A program made the position numbers and the translations under genes. Below the pieces are notes generated by a model that ran no database searches, was not told the origin of the DNA, and saw only the letters and a program-made list of their open reading frames with translations. Source: an uncultured bacterium (GTDB lineage: Bacteria; Patescibacteriota; Minisyncoccia; UBA6257; 2-01-FULL-56-20). Taken from it: a DNA stretch of 64,000 bases. Numbering within the stretch: the first letter of the stretch is position 1; each line of letters begins with the position of its first letter. The stretch is from contig CAWDZM010000001.1 of assembly GCA_963807165.1 (NCBI GenBank), forward strand, positions 32,214 through 96,213. Reading direction: 5' to 3'. Below are positions 19,555 through 29,895 of this stretch, piece after piece.

Positions 19555-20007
19555 CTATGCCTGCTTCTTCGCGGGCGCGTGGAAGTGGATGAACGTGTCC
19601 AAGCCAAGATATGCGCCGGCGTTTGAGAAGATGATGATAAGCAGGCAAATCACAATGATCACTTCATCGTTGATAAATTGTGTGACGCTTGGCGCCGCAT
19701 AGCTGATGGTGGGAAGATAACTTAGGAGAACGAGGATGATTCCGGCGATGGATGACAAGCGGGTAAGGAGTCCAAGGATTAAGCAGATGCCGATGATAAG
19801 GAATGCCCACTGTGCGACGGGGTGAATCCAATCACCGGGGATCGGTCGCGCAGCGAGCCATGTGTAGAGGTCGCCGAACGAGTGCGTGCGGATCTGCGTG
19901 CCGAGCTCGGAGTTAAAAAGTACGCTGAAGCCGATATAGAAAAAGTTGAGTCCGAGTGCGATGCGGAGCAAAAGGATGATGACGCGGAGCGAATGAGGAA
20001 GTTTCAT
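19555..20007 (-). CDS. DoxX-family membrane protein
   Basis: 150 aa. Four predicted TM helices. DoxX-like pattern. Confidence 0.55.
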   Translation of the reverse strand: MKLPHSLRVIILLLRIALGLNFFYIGFSVLFNSELGTQIRTHSFGDLYTWLAARPIPGDWIHPVAQWAFLIIGICLILGLLTRLSSIAGIILVLLSYLPTISYAAPSVTQFINDEVIIVICLLIIIFSNAGAYLGLDTFIHFHAPAKKQA

Positions 20008-20038
20008 CTGAATGCTATAATGATATCATACTATAAAA

Positions 20039-20607
20039 TGGAGAACGATCAGAAGCATTCGCTGGGGCATCGGGCATATCTTCTTTTTCTTTCCAAGAGG
20101 ATCAAGCTTGTCATCTTTTTTTTCGCGCTCACCGTGGCGGCGTGGTACAGCGAGCGGTGGGCGCCGGCATCATATGCCCCGTTCGTGGATTATGGGGTGA
20201 GCCTGCTCGCACTCTTCAGCGTATTGTATCTCTTGGCAATCATGCTCTGGACCTATATGGAGTATCATTTCTATACCTATATGTTCACCGATGAGGCGTT
20301 CGTTATGACCTCCGGATACGTCATTCGCAATGAACTCGCGGCGCTGTATCACCAGATTCAGAATGTGAGCATCCAGCGTGGGCCGCTGGACCGCCTGGCG
20401 GGCGTGAGTCAGATTGTCATCGTCATGACGGGCTCGGAGCGCGATCCCGCTCATAACAAGATCACCCTGCCAGCGGTGGGGAAGACAAAAGCGAGGATCG
20501 TACAAAAAGAGTTGCTTGTTCGCGCGCGCAAGCACGTGGCAAATGATAGTAGTCCCGACGTTACTGCGGGAAATCGAATCGGATCAACTTCTGATTTTGA
20601 TCAATAA
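20039..20607 (+). CDS. bacterial PH-domain (bPH_2, YdbS/YdbT-like) membrane protein
   Basis: Two TM helices followed by a GYVIRNE...IQNVSIQRGPLDR bPH_2-like domain. The Met at 20039 is preferred over the track start at 19822, which overlaps doxX. Confidence 0.55.
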
Positions 20608-21916
20608 TATAGAGCGCATTTTCTTGTGGATCGTATGAGGCATCCGTGCCTGCGGAAACGGTCGTGAGATTTTTTAAGTCAGCATCGGCAAAATCGAGGA
20701 AGGCGACGCGGTGGGGATATTGCACGAAAAGATGTGTTTCGTCCTTGTACCAGATGAGTCCCTGCACGTCCGCGATTTGAGGAAGATCAAACCGATAATA
20801 ATCTTGCGTGGTGAATGAGAATATTTCGAGGCTGTTATATTCGAGCGCGGCAAGTGCGGAGCCGTCGGTAGTGGGATAGAATTGCTTTACATCATTTGCG
20901 AGCGTGGAGAGCGTTTCATTCGGTACGTTATAGAGTGCGAGCGTATTATCACTTTCTAAAATACCGAGTACATTATTTTTAACCCACGCGAGCTGTTTGA
21001 TCTGGCCGTTCACGATGAGGGAACTATCGATCATGTCACCGGAAAATTTATCATAGACCATGATCTGCGAAGTGCCCAGCGTCCCCGAAGTATTCCCCGG
21101 AGCATAGCGCGCCCATGCCATGATGGACGGCGAGATCGCGATGGGGGATTCGACCGTCTCGCCCATCGGGGCGGTTTCGATAACCGTCGCATCGTGCGTG
21201 CCGCTGTCGAGGTCTATAATTTTTGTCGGGGTTTGGGCAATGACGCCGGTGTCGTCATATGGATCGATAAAGACGTTCGTCGTTGAGGTGGACTTGATTC
21301 CCGATTGCGTGAGGAGCGTAGAGAGATTTGTGCTCGTGGCGGCCGCAAAGTCATAGAGTGAATATTTTGTCGCGCCGGTTTTTGTGCTGACTGTGCGGAT
21401 GATCGCGCTCTTAAGGTCGGTGCTATGGCTCGCCACCACGCCGTACCCGATGATCTTTCCCAGCCACTCAATCGTGTTGCTTGCGTCCGTCGTGACGGCA
21501 ACGCCGCCGACCTCAAAGAAATTACTTATAATACCGCTCGTTGCAACGTCCGTCGCGGTTTTGGGCACAAGCACGGCGTACTTCATCTCGGTGACGAGCG
21601 ACGGCGCGACGACGGCATTTTCCGTCCATGCATCATAACCTGCCGACGCGAGTGTGAGGGAATAGGTCTTGGGGAAAAGCCCGGAAATGAACGTGCCGCG
21701 GCTCAGGAACGCGGATTGGTTCTGGATGGGCGCGCCATTAAGGGTGATCTGTGCGGCGTCGGGAAATGAGTGCACGTAAATGCCACCGGCCTTCTCGGCG
21801 TCGAGCGTGGAAAGGTTGATGCGCCAGCCCTCGGCATAGAGCACCACGCCGGCGCCAATGACCACAAATAAAAGGATAAACACATAGAATATGCGCTTTC
21901 GGGTCTGGAGTTTCAT
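20561..21916 (-). CDS. PEGA-domain-containing secreted protein
   Basis: Signal anchor. The YSLTLASAGYDAWTENAVV PEGA-like motif. Confidence 0.55.
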   Translation of the reverse strand: MKLQTRKRIFYVFILLFVVIGAGVVLYAEGWRINLSTLDAEKAGGIYVHSFPDAAQITLNGAPIQNQSAFLSRGTFISGLFPKTYSLTLASAGYDAWTENAVVAPSLVTEMKYAVLVPKTATDVATSGIISNFFEVGGVAVTTDASNTIEWLGKIIGYGVVASHSTDLKSAIIRTVSTKTGATKYSLYDFAAATSTNLSTLLTQSGIKSTSTTNVFIDPYDDTGVIAQTPTKIIDLDSGTHDATVIETAPMGETVESPIAISPSIMAWARYAPGNTSGTLGTSQIMVYDKFSGDMIDSSLIVNGQIKQLAWVKNNVLGILESDNTLALYNVPNETLSTLANDVKQFYPTTDGSALAALEYNSLEIFSFTTQDYYRFDLPQIADVQGLIWYKDETHLFVQYPHRVAFLDFADADLKNLTTVSAGTDASYDPQENALYIIDQNQKLIRFDFPQ

Positions 21917-22087
21917 AGCAGAATGATTCTAATCCACATTGACCGCTTTTTCCAGCGCGGTGGTATAATGGATATAGATCCCGCGCAGATTTCGGATCAA
22001 ACATTATTAAAAGGGAGAGCGATTATCTCTGCCGCCTGTGGGCCGCAGTTGAGCTCACCCACCTGGCTGTTGCGCCAGAAATCTGAC

Positions 22088-22166
22088 GGGATTTAGAAAA
22101 ACACCCTCTTTTTTCACCTAGTGATAAGAATCAACGGTGAAAAAAGAGGGTGTTTTTCTAAATCCC
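22088..22166. terminator. 31-bp perfect inverted repeat (AT-rich stem, ~17-nt loop) downstream of the PCD gene
   Basis: Arms GGGATTTAGAAAAACACCCTCTTTTTTCACC / GGTGAAAAAAGAGGGTGTTTTTCTAAATCCC are exact reverse complements. Acts as a bidirectional terminator-like hairpin. Confidence 0.5.
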
Positions 22167-22180
22167 AGGTGATAGATAGA

Positions 22181-22522
22181 TTATATTTTTATCTCGTCAA
22201 TCTTTGCCGCGAGGATGAAATCGTTTTCGGAGAGGCCGCCCATCGCGTGCGTAGTGAGCTCAAAGCGCACTTTGTTATAGAAGATATAGATGTCGGGGTG
22301 ATGGCCTTCGGCTTGCGCGATGTCGGCGACGGCGTTCACAAATTTCATAGCCTCGACAAAATCTTTAAATGTGAATTCGCGCGTTATGTTCTTTTCATCA
22401 TCGGATATTTTCCAATCGGGAACCTGGGCGGAATATTTTTGCACGTACTCATGGTCGAGCGGCGGCATGCCGCCTTCGCAGGGGACGCAGTGACCTTGGG
22501 AAAGTTTATTATTGATGATCAT
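22181..22522 (-). CDS. phhB: pterin-4a-carbinolamine dehydratase (PCD/DCoH)
   Basis: HHPD...TH...GLS motifs: EGHHPDIYIFYNKVRFELTTHAMGGLSENDF. Confidence 0.75.
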   Translation of the reverse strand: MIINNKLSQGHCVPCEGGMPPLDHEYVQKYSAQVPDWKISDDEKNITREFTFKDFVEAMKFVNAVADIAQAEGHHPDIYIFYNKVRFELTTHAMGGLSENDFILAAKIDEIKI

Positions 22523-22540
22523 CTTTTTATTCTAAACTAA

Positions 22541-23476
22541 TTAGAAACTTGCGGGATTGATATGGAACAGTGTGCCGACGATGAGGCCCAGGATGAAGGT
22601 GGCGAGCGCGGTGCCAAGCATCAGCCCGACGGTTTCAGCGAACTCGCGCCAGAACGTACGGTCAAAGACGACCGCGCCGTAGAATGTGAAGCCCGCAACG
22701 AGCAGGATGCCGACCGTGGTGGAAGTGATGAATGCAGGCACCATCACACGAATGAGGAAGTAGGGGAGCGCGAGTAGGATGACCGAGCAGAAGTACGACG
22801 CCCAGGTGAGGAATCCGGAAAGGATCGCGGACTTCTCGGTGTCCTGCTTGGCTTGCAGATACGACGCCGAGCCCATCGAGATCGCCGCGGAAAATCCGAC
22901 GATGATGCCAGCGACGCCCGCGATGAGTGTGGAGCCGGTGACGCCAAGAAATCCTGCGTGGACACCCGTGATCTCCACGATCGCGTCGGCCAGGCCGAGC
23001 ACGATGAAACCCATGTACGCCACGCGTTTTTCTTTGAGCTGGCCGATCAGCGCCTTCTCATGCGACTTCTCATCCTCGATAATCTGCATAAATCGCTCAT
23101 GATGCGAAGCGGGAATAGAGGGAAGGATATTTTGATATTTTTGTACCGCATCGTTTTCGTGCGTCTCGAGGAACTTCGTGATGAACGTTACGCCGAACAC
23201 GATGCGCAAAAATGGCACGCCCCAGACGGTGTACCATCGCGCGCGAATCGCGCCCGCTTCCGCGGGCGGCAGGAGCGATTTCCAGAACTCGTAGTGCGTC
23301 AGTTCCTGTGTTGAAAGCCGCTCGAGCGCCGCGCGGTTCTCCGGATTCTTCTCCATCGTCGCGAGCGTGTGGTAGACGATATGCTCGGTGAGTTCGTTTG
23401 ATGCATTGAATATAAAGGTTTCTTGCATTACATCCATTATACATCTTTGATTTGACAGATGCGGCATATTTTCCAA
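22541..23476 (-). CDS. VIT1/CCC1-family iron/manganese transporter with an N-terminal ferritin-like (erythrin) domain; MbfA-like
   Basis: N-terminal four-helix ferritin-like region with E..H pairs. C-terminal 5-TM VIT1 domain. Confidence 0.7.
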   Translation of the reverse strand: MENMPHLSNQRCIMDVMQETFIFNASNELTEHIVYHTLATMEKNPENRAALERLSTQELTHYEFWKSLLPPAEAGAIRARWYTVWGVPFLRIVFGVTFITKFLETHENDAVQKYQNILPSIPASHHERFMQIIEDEKSHEKALIGQLKEKRVAYMGFIVLGLADAIVEITGVHAGFLGVTGSTLIAGVAGIIVGFSAAISMGSASYLQAKQDTEKSAILSGFLTWASYFCSVILLALPYFLIRVMVPAFITSTTVGILLVAGFTFYGAVVFDRTFWREFAETVGLMLGTALATFILGLIVGTLFHINPASF

Positions 23477-23509
23477 TACTGTAGATAGTGTTGGAAGGAA
23501 GGGGATCTT

Positions 23510-23950
23510 ATGCCACCTACTGCCGTTGTAGAGGTTGATGAGCGTAAGTGCTTAACGGAACGAATCGAAGTACTCAAGTCGTGTGCAAAAGAGTACCTCC
23601 CGGGCTTTTCTTTTTCCATTGAAAGTATTGCTCGGCTTACCATGGTTGATCTCAGCTTCGAGCGTGCCGATATCGCAGGGATGGAAAAGGTTAGTGATTT
23701 TGTAGAAGCCTATCAACAAGTGGTGAATCGATACGAAGAAGACCTGCGAATATTCCTTGGATACGGGTCGTTGCGTCTTCAAAGGGCCCTCGATATACTT
23801 AATGCCTATCCCGAATTACGGGAAAAGTGCGAGCCGATCAAAGAAAAAATCGGCGAGATGGAAAAGATGATCACCCCTTTCGATTATAGTATTGTCGCCG
23901 TCGCAAGGCTGTATGCAGAAATAGTGAATCTGATGAAGGCGTTGTTATAG
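23510..23950 (+). CDS. hypothetical protein
   Basis: 146-aa ORF. No recognisable motif. Confidence 0.35.
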   Translation: MPPTAVVEVDERKCLTERIEVLKSCAKEYLPGFSFSIESIARLTMVDLSFERADIAGMEKVSDFVEAYQQVVNRYEEDLRIFLGYGSLRLQRALDILNAYPELREKCEPIKEKIGEMEKMITPFDYSIVAVARLYAEIVNLMKALL

Positions 23951-24020
23951 TGCGCGGATGGCGCTCGCGCTTGGGAGATAGTCTTTAGACCATCTCCTTT
24001 TTTTATCTTAAATTCTCGAA

Positions 24021-24094
24021 TGGTCGGGCCGGCGGGAATCGAACCCGCTCTAAACGCACCCCATGCGCTCGTACTACCGGTATACTACGGCCCG
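24021..24094 (-). tRNA. tRNA-Pro (anticodon GGG), CCA encoded
   Basis: Manual cloverleaf: acceptor CGGGCCG/CGGCCCG, anticodon stem AGCGC/GCGTT, loop ATGGGGT, T-arm GCGGG-TTCGATT-CCCGC. Confidence 0.8.
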
Positions 24095-24251
24095 CTATAA
24101 TTCGTGATAATGATAGCTTTTCTCTTAAAAAAGAACAACGCTCAGGTGTAATTTGATGCTATATTAGCCAGCACTAGACAAATTCAGTTATTTCTGATAC
24201 AATTTTTTCAGCTTCGGTTTTAACAAAAAACATCATTTTGGAGAGATAAGC

Positions 24252-24971
24252 GTGAAACAATTCATTTTTTGCATCGTCAGCGCACATGAGCTGGCGATGC
24301 CAGGTCAGAGCGGGACGCCATCCTTTAGTATCAAGATACATCCTAATCTTCAGGCGAATGCGATAGTCATCAACTATCCCGGGTATAACGGAGGTATTGA
24401 TGGATATAGCAAGAAATACGAAAAACTTGCACGTCTCATCAAAGAGAGAAATATTGGGGCAGTCATTCAGATGAGCAACGGAGAACGCGCCGGATTTCCT
24501 TACGAAGTCTCGGTACTCGCCGAGCTCAGGGCGACGATTGATTATGCACTTACTCATGCGACCGATATCTGTTCTATGGCGAACCCGGACATCTACCTCG
24601 TCGGATTTTCTGCTGGTGGCGGAGCGGTTGCTTCGGTCGCTGCAGATTATTCCGCCGTGAAGAAGATTCTCTTGGTAGCTCCTTCGGGCGATGCCGGGGA
24701 ACAAAATATCAGAAATGGCCTGAGTTCTTTCCGCGGAGAGATTTATGTCACTGTTGGAGAACGGGATGAGGTTGTTGGCACACGAGCCGGTGAGATTTTT
24801 ATCCAACTGGCAACTGGCGCAGAAAGGAAAAAGCTTGTCGTCGTTCCGAATTGTGATCATCAGTTCCGAGGCAAAAAGAATGGCATGATTCTGAGCAAGG
24901 CTCCTCTTTGGGCTTTCTGCGGCGATGAAACCTACCCATCTTCGGACGGAGGGATTGTCCTCTATGAATGA
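24252..24971 (+). CDS. alpha/beta hydrolase (dienelactone-hydrolase-like)
   Basis: GFSAGG nucleophile elbow. Asp/His later in the sequence. Confidence 0.6.
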   Translation: MKQFIFCIVSAHELAMPGQSGTPSFSIKIHPNLQANAIVINYPGYNGGIDGYSKKYEKLARLIKERNIGAVIQMSNGERAGFPYEVSVLAELRATIDYALTHATDICSMANPDIYLVGFSAGGGAVASVAADYSAVKKILLVAPSGDAGEQNIRNGLSSFRGEIYVTVGERDEVVGTRAGEIFIQLATGAERKKLVVVPNCDHQFRGKKNGMILSKAPLWAFCGDETYPSSDGGIVLYE

Positions 24972-24996
24972 TGTTTTGTAGTCCTACATACGGCGG

Positions 24997-25437
24997 TTGC
25001 TTTTATCAGCGACCGCCGTTTTACTTAAAAAAATGAAGATGGTATATATATATATGAATATGGAAAAGATAAACTCAACATTCGAATCAGAGCCAGATTC
25101 AATCGATATCGAAGATCCTGAAACGGCGCGGGAATTTATTCGTCAACGCATGGAAAAAGATGGAGATTTGCCGACCGTAACAGTTCCGATGGAATATGCC
25201 GAAGAAGCACGCAAGGGAATTGTGCCTCATACCACATGGATATATGACGCGCTCATTGCTGGTACACTAGGAAAGAAGCCTTATATGCCAGACAATTCTC
25301 CTCGAGCTTTATTTCGTATTAAGGCAAAACCCGAAGATGTGATGCCGCGATTCACTGGCCCTGATAAGCATTTTCACGGGGTGGTGGTATTCAAAAAACC
25401 TATCGCTCCAGACTTACTCGAAGAAGTGTACGCATAA
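24997..25437 (+). CDS. hypothetical protein (start uncertain, possibly 25034 or 25054)
   Basis: ORF track. Low GC. Confidence 0.35.
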   Translation: MLLSATAVLLKKMKMVYIYMNMEKINSTFESEPDSIDIEDPETAREFIRQRMEKDGDLPTVTVPMEYAEEARKGIVPHTTWIYDALIAGTLGKKPYMPDNSPRALFRIKAKPEDVMPRFTGPDKHFHGVVVFKKPIAPDLLEEVYA

Positions 25438-25467
25438 AAAAATCGCTCCTCAAGAGCGATTTTTTTA
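25436..25467. terminator. bidirectional intrinsic terminator between convergent genes
   Basis: ATCGCTC-CTCAA-GAGCGAT hairpin flanked by an A-run and a T-run. Confidence 0.55.
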
Positions 25468-25476
25468 TGAACGTTA

Positions 25477-25701
25477 TTATTTTGCCGCCGCTGCAACCGC
25501 CGTCTTGCGTACCACTTTGTGCGGGGCTTTGTGTAATGTCCTTAGGCAGCCGGTGCAAATAAGCTGACGCTTGCCGTCAATCGTTGCGTACTGCAAATTC
25601 GGGTACTTTCGGGTCCAGTTCGTAGGATTATAATGACCGCGGAGCAATATCCGGTTTCCGCCCATCTGTGAAGTTTTCTCGCATTTGGCGCATTTCCTCA
25701 T
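25477..25701 (-). CDS. rpmB: 50S ribosomal protein L28 (bL28), zinc-ribbon form
   Basis: MRKCAKCEKTSQMGGN...GHYNPTNWTRKYPNLQ...CTGC. Confidence 0.8.
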   Translation of the reverse strand: MRKCAKCEKTSQMGGNRILLRGHYNPTNWTRKYPNLQYATIDGKRQLICTGCLRTLHKAPHKVVRKTAVAAAAK

Positions 25702-25787
25702 GTCTTTGGTTTGAGTTTATTGAAAGTATTATAGAGGAAAAGGGGATTTTACGCAAGTTAATAGGCCGGTACAGGAATTCCAAGCCG

Positions 25788-26309
25788 CTAATCTACTCGC
25801 ACCTTCAGCTTATGGATCTTCTTCTTATTCGCTTTCGGCAGGGTTACCGTCAGAATACCATTCTTGAACTTGACCTCCGCGCCTTCCGGATCAATCTCTT
25901 GCGGCAATATAATAGAGCGGCCGAACTTGCCCCAGTAGCATTCCTGGTAGAGATAGTCCTCATCGCGCACGGTCTTCTCGCGCTTGCGCGATCCACGGAT
26001 GGCGATCGAGTCGATGGTGACGTTCACATCAATGTCTTCCGGATCAACGCCCGCGATAGCGGATTCGACGACGATATCATTCGCCGTTTGATAGACATCA
26101 ACCGTAAGCTGACCTTCCGGTTCGCCATCAGCCCAGAGATCTTCCTTTTCTTTTGTGCGGATCATTTTTGGGCGCGCAGTGGAAGCGGGTGCGGAGGCAA
26201 CCGCGCCGGTGTTCGCCCGCACAAGTTCCACGCCATATTCGCCATCGGCCTCCGTCTTTGCGCCGGCCAGATCCTCAAAAAACTTTTCGTCTTCGCTGTT
26301 TATGATCAT
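25788..26309 (-). CDS. Hsp20/alpha-crystallin family small heat-shock protein
   Basis: Alpha-crystallin domain: PKANKKKIHKLKV / GILTVTLPK. Confidence 0.8.
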   Translation of the reverse strand: MIINSEDEKFFEDLAGAKTEADGEYGVELVRANTGAVASAPASTARPKMIRTKEKEDLWADGEPEGQLTVDVYQTANDIVVESAIAGVDPEDIDVNVTIDSIAIRGSRKREKTVRDEDYLYQECYWGKFGRSIILPQEIDPEGAEVKFKNGILTVTLPKANKKKIHKLKVRVD

Positions 26310-26317
26310 AAAATTAT

Positions 26318-27026
26318 TTATACGATGAGATTGATAGGTTTTGCCTTGAGCCGTTCGAAATCGTTCAGTACGAAGAATCCGATTATTAACAAGAATACCA
26401 CGGAGTAGGCGGCACCTCCATAGGTAAGTATAAGATAGTTAAAGGTGGCGTGCAAAATCGTGGCGACCACGAGGCCGAGAGCGAGGAAGCGTTTGGACTT
26501 TACCCTCCACGATGCCGACGGCCCAGTAATAGCCAACGATGCCCGCCGTGAGCGTGTGCAGAAGCGTGGCGCCGACGAAACGTAGGGACACGGTCTCGAG
26601 CACGGTGGGGAGGAGTGCTGCCGACGATGAAATACCGGATATCGCGCCGATGTTTTCCAATGTTGCGAAGCCGAGCGCAGCGATGATCATATAGATCATC
26701 GCATCTGCCGGTTCGTTAAATTCCGGTGCGCGATCAACGGCAAAGTGCGCAGCAGCAAACTTCATAACCTCCTCGATTGCTGCGAGGCCGAGGAGTGGTA
26801 AAAGTGCCGCGATGGGTGAAAGATTCTGGATGAGGGTACTGCCGATCGTCCAGCTCGTAAACAGCTGTTCGATCCCGACGGTAAAAAATCCAAATGCCAT
26901 GCCCACGATGAAGGTGAATGCGATGAGCCGCTTCGGTTCCGCATGCGTCGCTTCGCCCAAATAAAAAGCGAGCCATGCAAAGCCGGGGAGCAGGCCGACG
27001 ACGAGCGAGATGACGAGCATCATCAT
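26318..27026 (-). CDS. PrsW-family intramembrane metalloprotease, split by a frameshift near 26480-26540
   Basis: EEVMKF (EExxK) and FATLEN motifs in the upstream ORF (26439-27026). HATFNY motif in the downstream ORF (26318-26536), in a different frame. Confidence 0.6.
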
Positions 27027-27035
27027 GACTCTATT

Positions 27036-29219
27036 CTACCACTTCTCCACCATCAGCATTTTTCCTGGACGGAAAATCTGCCAGATTTCCTCGGTGATGA
27101 ATGGCATGAACGGATGCAACATTTTGAGCGACTCCAAAAGCAGATGTTCGAGCAGCGCGTATGATTGAGCCTTCTCTGCGTCGGTGCCATCGGCAAGCTT
27201 CTTTTTTTCCTGCTCTATGATCTCGTCAGCCAGACGGTGCCACGTGTAGTGATAAAGTTTTTCGCCGGCGAGGTGAAATTCGAAGTCTTCGATGTGATTG
27301 GTAACCTCCGTCTTGAACGCGCCCAGCTCTTTTATTTCCTCGCGCGCGGCGAGGGTGGCCGCTGCATTTGCGCGCGTGGCGTCATCGAACGTTCCTGGCT
27401 TGTTCATCTGCACGAACCGCGCGATGTTCCACAGCTTGGTGGAGAAGTTGCGGTAGCCGCGCACGCGATCCTCGGAGAGTTTGATGTCGTTGCCTGCGGA
27501 GGCGCCAATTACGAGCGAGAGGCGGGTGGCATCCGCGCCGTATTTGTCCGCCATAGTGAGTGGGTCGATGATGTTGCCGAGCGATTTGGACATCTTGCGT
27601 CCCTTATCGTCGCGCACGAGGCCGTGCAGATAGACGCGCTTGAATGGAGTATTATCCATAAGCACTTCGGACATCAATATCATGCGTGCCACCCAGAAGA
27701 ATAAGATGTCGTAGCCCGTCTCAAGCACTGCATTAGGGAAATAATCTCGGAGGTCGGCAGTTTTTTTCGGCCAGCCGAGCGTACTGAACGGCCAAAGCCC
27801 GGAGGAGAACCACGTGTCGAGCGTATCGGGATCCTGAACCCAGTCAGGATCGTTAATATTCTCGACAGACACCTTGCAATCATATCCTGCAGGGTCATTT
27901 AATTTTAAAGTTGCGTGATACCACACCGGCACCTGATGCCCGAACCAAATCTGGCGCGAGATGCACCAGTCGCGCAGGTTGTCTATCCAGTTGAAATAAA
28001 TTTTCTCAAAGCGTTCCGGCAGGATTTTTACTCCGCCAGCCGTGACTGCTTCTTTCATCAGCTCCTTCAAAGTTTTTCCCGCATCGCCGAACGGCTTGTT
28101 GACCGCGATGAACCACTGTAATTTTGGCAACGGTTCGATGATCCCGCCGGTGCGCTCGGCGGTCGCTACATTTTGTGAAATCTCTTCTTCTTTCTCGATC
28201 AACCCGCGCGCGCGTAATGCTTCTGCAACGAGTTCGCGCGCTTCGGCAGTTTTCTTTCCGTGCACCAGCTCGTTCTCCACGGTCATCTTTCCATATTCAT
28301 CGATGACCTGTACGAAGGGGAGTGAGTGTCGCTGTGCGATCTCCCAGTCGATCATGCTGTGTGCGGGCGTGACGCCGAGTGCGCCAGTGCCAAAATCTTT
28401 TTCCACGGATTCATCTGCAACGACGGTGATGGTGATCGGCGTACCACAAAAATCCACGTCGAATTTTTGCCCGACAAACTTTTTGTATCGCTCATCCGAA
28501 GGATGCACCGCGACGGCGGTGTCGCCAAACTTCGTTTCAAGGCGGGTCGTGGAAATGGCGATGGGAAATACCGAGCCGTCAGAAATTTTTCCATAGCGGA
28601 ACGTGTACAGCTTTGCCTTGCGTTCCTCGTAGACGATCTCGTCGTCGGAGATGGTGGTCTGACCCTTTACGTCCCAGTTGACCACGCGATGGCCGCGATA
28701 GATCAATCCGAGGTCATACATTTTTTTGAATGCGGTGCGGACAGCGATCTCGCGCTTGTCGTCGAGAGTGTACGCTTCGCGACTCCAGTCGAGCGACGCA
28801 CCCATGCGCTTTACCTGATTAACGATCGTGTCGTGGCTTTCCTGCGCGAACGCGCGAACGCGCTTTAAAAATTCCTCACGGCCAAGATCGTGGCGATTTT
28901 TTCCTTCGGTCTTTACGATATCTTTTTCCACTTTTGATTGCGTGGCGATTGCGGCGTGGTCAGTACCGGGAATCCATAGCGTACGCTTACCGTTCATGCG
29001 CGCGAAGCGCACCATAATGTCTTCGATCACGAGCATCGCTGCGTGGCCCATGTGCAACGTCCCCGTCACGTTCGGCGGCGGGAGCACGATGGAGAATGGC
29101 TCGGCGTCCGGCGCGGTCACACCCTTTTCTATGCAAACGTCCGGGTTGAAATATCCGGAATCCTCCCACTGCTTATAGATTTTCGATTCGACCTCGGCGG
29201 GATTGTAACGCGGTTCCAT
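27036..29219 (-). CDS. valS: valine--tRNA ligase (short form, 727 aa)
   Basis: PPPNVTGTLHMGHA (HIGH) and KMSKSLGNIIDP (KMSKS) motifs. Editing domain present. Confidence 0.9.
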   Translation of the reverse strand: MEPRYNPAEVESKIYKQWEDSGYFNPDVCIEKGVTAPDAEPFSIVLPPPNVTGTLHMGHAAMLVIEDIMVRFARMNGKRTLWIPGTDHAAIATQSKVEKDIVKTEGKNRHDLGREEFLKRVRAFAQESHDTIVNQVKRMGASLDWSREAYTLDDKREIAVRTAFKKMYDLGLIYRGHRVVNWDVKGQTTISDDEIVYEERKAKLYTFRYGKISDGSVFPIAISTTRLETKFGDTAVAVHPSDERYKKFVGQKFDVDFCGTPITITVVADESVEKDFGTGALGVTPAHSMIDWEIAQRHSLPFVQVIDEYGKMTVENELVHGKKTAEARELVAEALRARGLIEKEEEISQNVATAERTGGIIEPLPKLQWFIAVNKPFGDAGKTLKELMKEAVTAGGVKILPERFEKIYFNWIDNLRDWCISRQIWFGHQVPVWYHATLKLNDPAGYDCKVSVENINDPDWVQDPDTLDTWFSSGLWPFSTLGWPKKTADLRDYFPNAVLETGYDILFFWVARMILMSEVLMDNTPFKRVYLHGLVRDDKGRKMSKSLGNIIDPLTMADKYGADATRLSLVIGASAGNDIKLSEDRVRGYRNFSTKLWNIARFVQMNKPGTFDDATRANAAATLAAREEIKELGAFKTEVTNHIEDFEFHLAGEKLYHYTWHRLADEIIEQEKKKLADGTDAEKAQSYALLEHLLLESLKMLHPFMPFITEEIWQIFRPGKMLMVEKW

Positions 29220-29273
29220 AATATCTCGATTGTAGCCGATTCGCGCCGTTTTTTCTAGGCACTACCTTATATA

Positions 29274-29307
29274 AATAAAAAAATCTCGCGCTGGGGGAGG
29301 CGCGAGA
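29274..29307 (-). terminator. intrinsic terminator for the XRE-like regulator gene
   Basis: TCTCGCGC...GCGCGAGA stem with a T-run on the minus strand. Confidence 0.45.
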
Positions 29308-29316
29308 GAGCGGAGA

Positions 29317-29811
29317 TTACAGTTGTCGGAAAGAACGCAGAAGATGATCGAGGCCTGATATAGGCCTGCATTCTTCTTCAAAGAGTTGGAGGCTTTTCTC
29401 GAGGAACTTTCGCCTCCTCGGGCTGAGCGCGCGATAGTACAAGAGTAGTTCCTCTAGAAAAGCATCTTCAGGAAATGGATAGGTGGGATATCGCTCGCGA
29501 TCGAACATATACCAAACGAACCACTGAGGATTGAGGCCTAGCCCTCTCCCAATATCCGAACATCTTTTTGGTTTTGGCATCGAGCGTCCGCGTTCGACTT
29601 TTGCGACATAGGTGCGAGGGGCTCCACCCATATTTATCGCTAAGTGTTTTTGGCTGAGACGTCGTTCTTTCCGGAGTTCATAAACGATAGCTCCGAACAA
29701 TACGGGATTGTTTGATAGGCTCGGTTGTTGAACGTTCAACTCTACCATGGTCATGGTCGCCATAGACATCTCCGGAAAAATCGATTTATACTCCAACGTA
29801 CTTCTTCCCAC
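29317..29811 (-). CDS. XRE/Cro-like HTH-domain protein
   Basis: ELRKERRLSQKHLAINMGGAPRTYVAKVERG helix-turn-helix. Confidence 0.5.
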   Translation of the reverse strand: MGRSTLEYKSIFPEMSMATMTMVELNVQQPSLSNNPVLFGAIVYELRKERRLSQKHLAINMGGAPRTYVAKVERGRSMPKPKRCSDIGRGLGLNPQWFVWYMFDRERYPTYPFPEDAFLEELLLYYRALSPRRRKFLEKSLQLFEEECRPISGLDHLLRSFRQL

Positions 29812-29895
29812 AATATAGAGTATAATGATAAAAAGTAAAGGTCGTTCTTAGTGTGTCAATCAAAAAAGATATTGTAAATTAATTCATTAAATAAA

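Noticed and set aside
19822-20038. N-terminal extension of the bPH-domain ORF
   Set aside because: It overlaps the DoxX gene on the opposite strand by 185 nt. Met 20039 gives a typical bPH_2 protein.
22121-22540. 139-aa plus-strand ORF
   Set aside because: It lies antisense to the well-supported PCD/DCoH gene (22181-22522, minus) and has no recognisable motifs. It is a shadow ORF.
25668-26408. 246-aa plus-strand ORF
   Set aside because: It is antisense to the Hsp20 gene and overlaps the rpmB start. Composition and motifs support the minus-strand genes.
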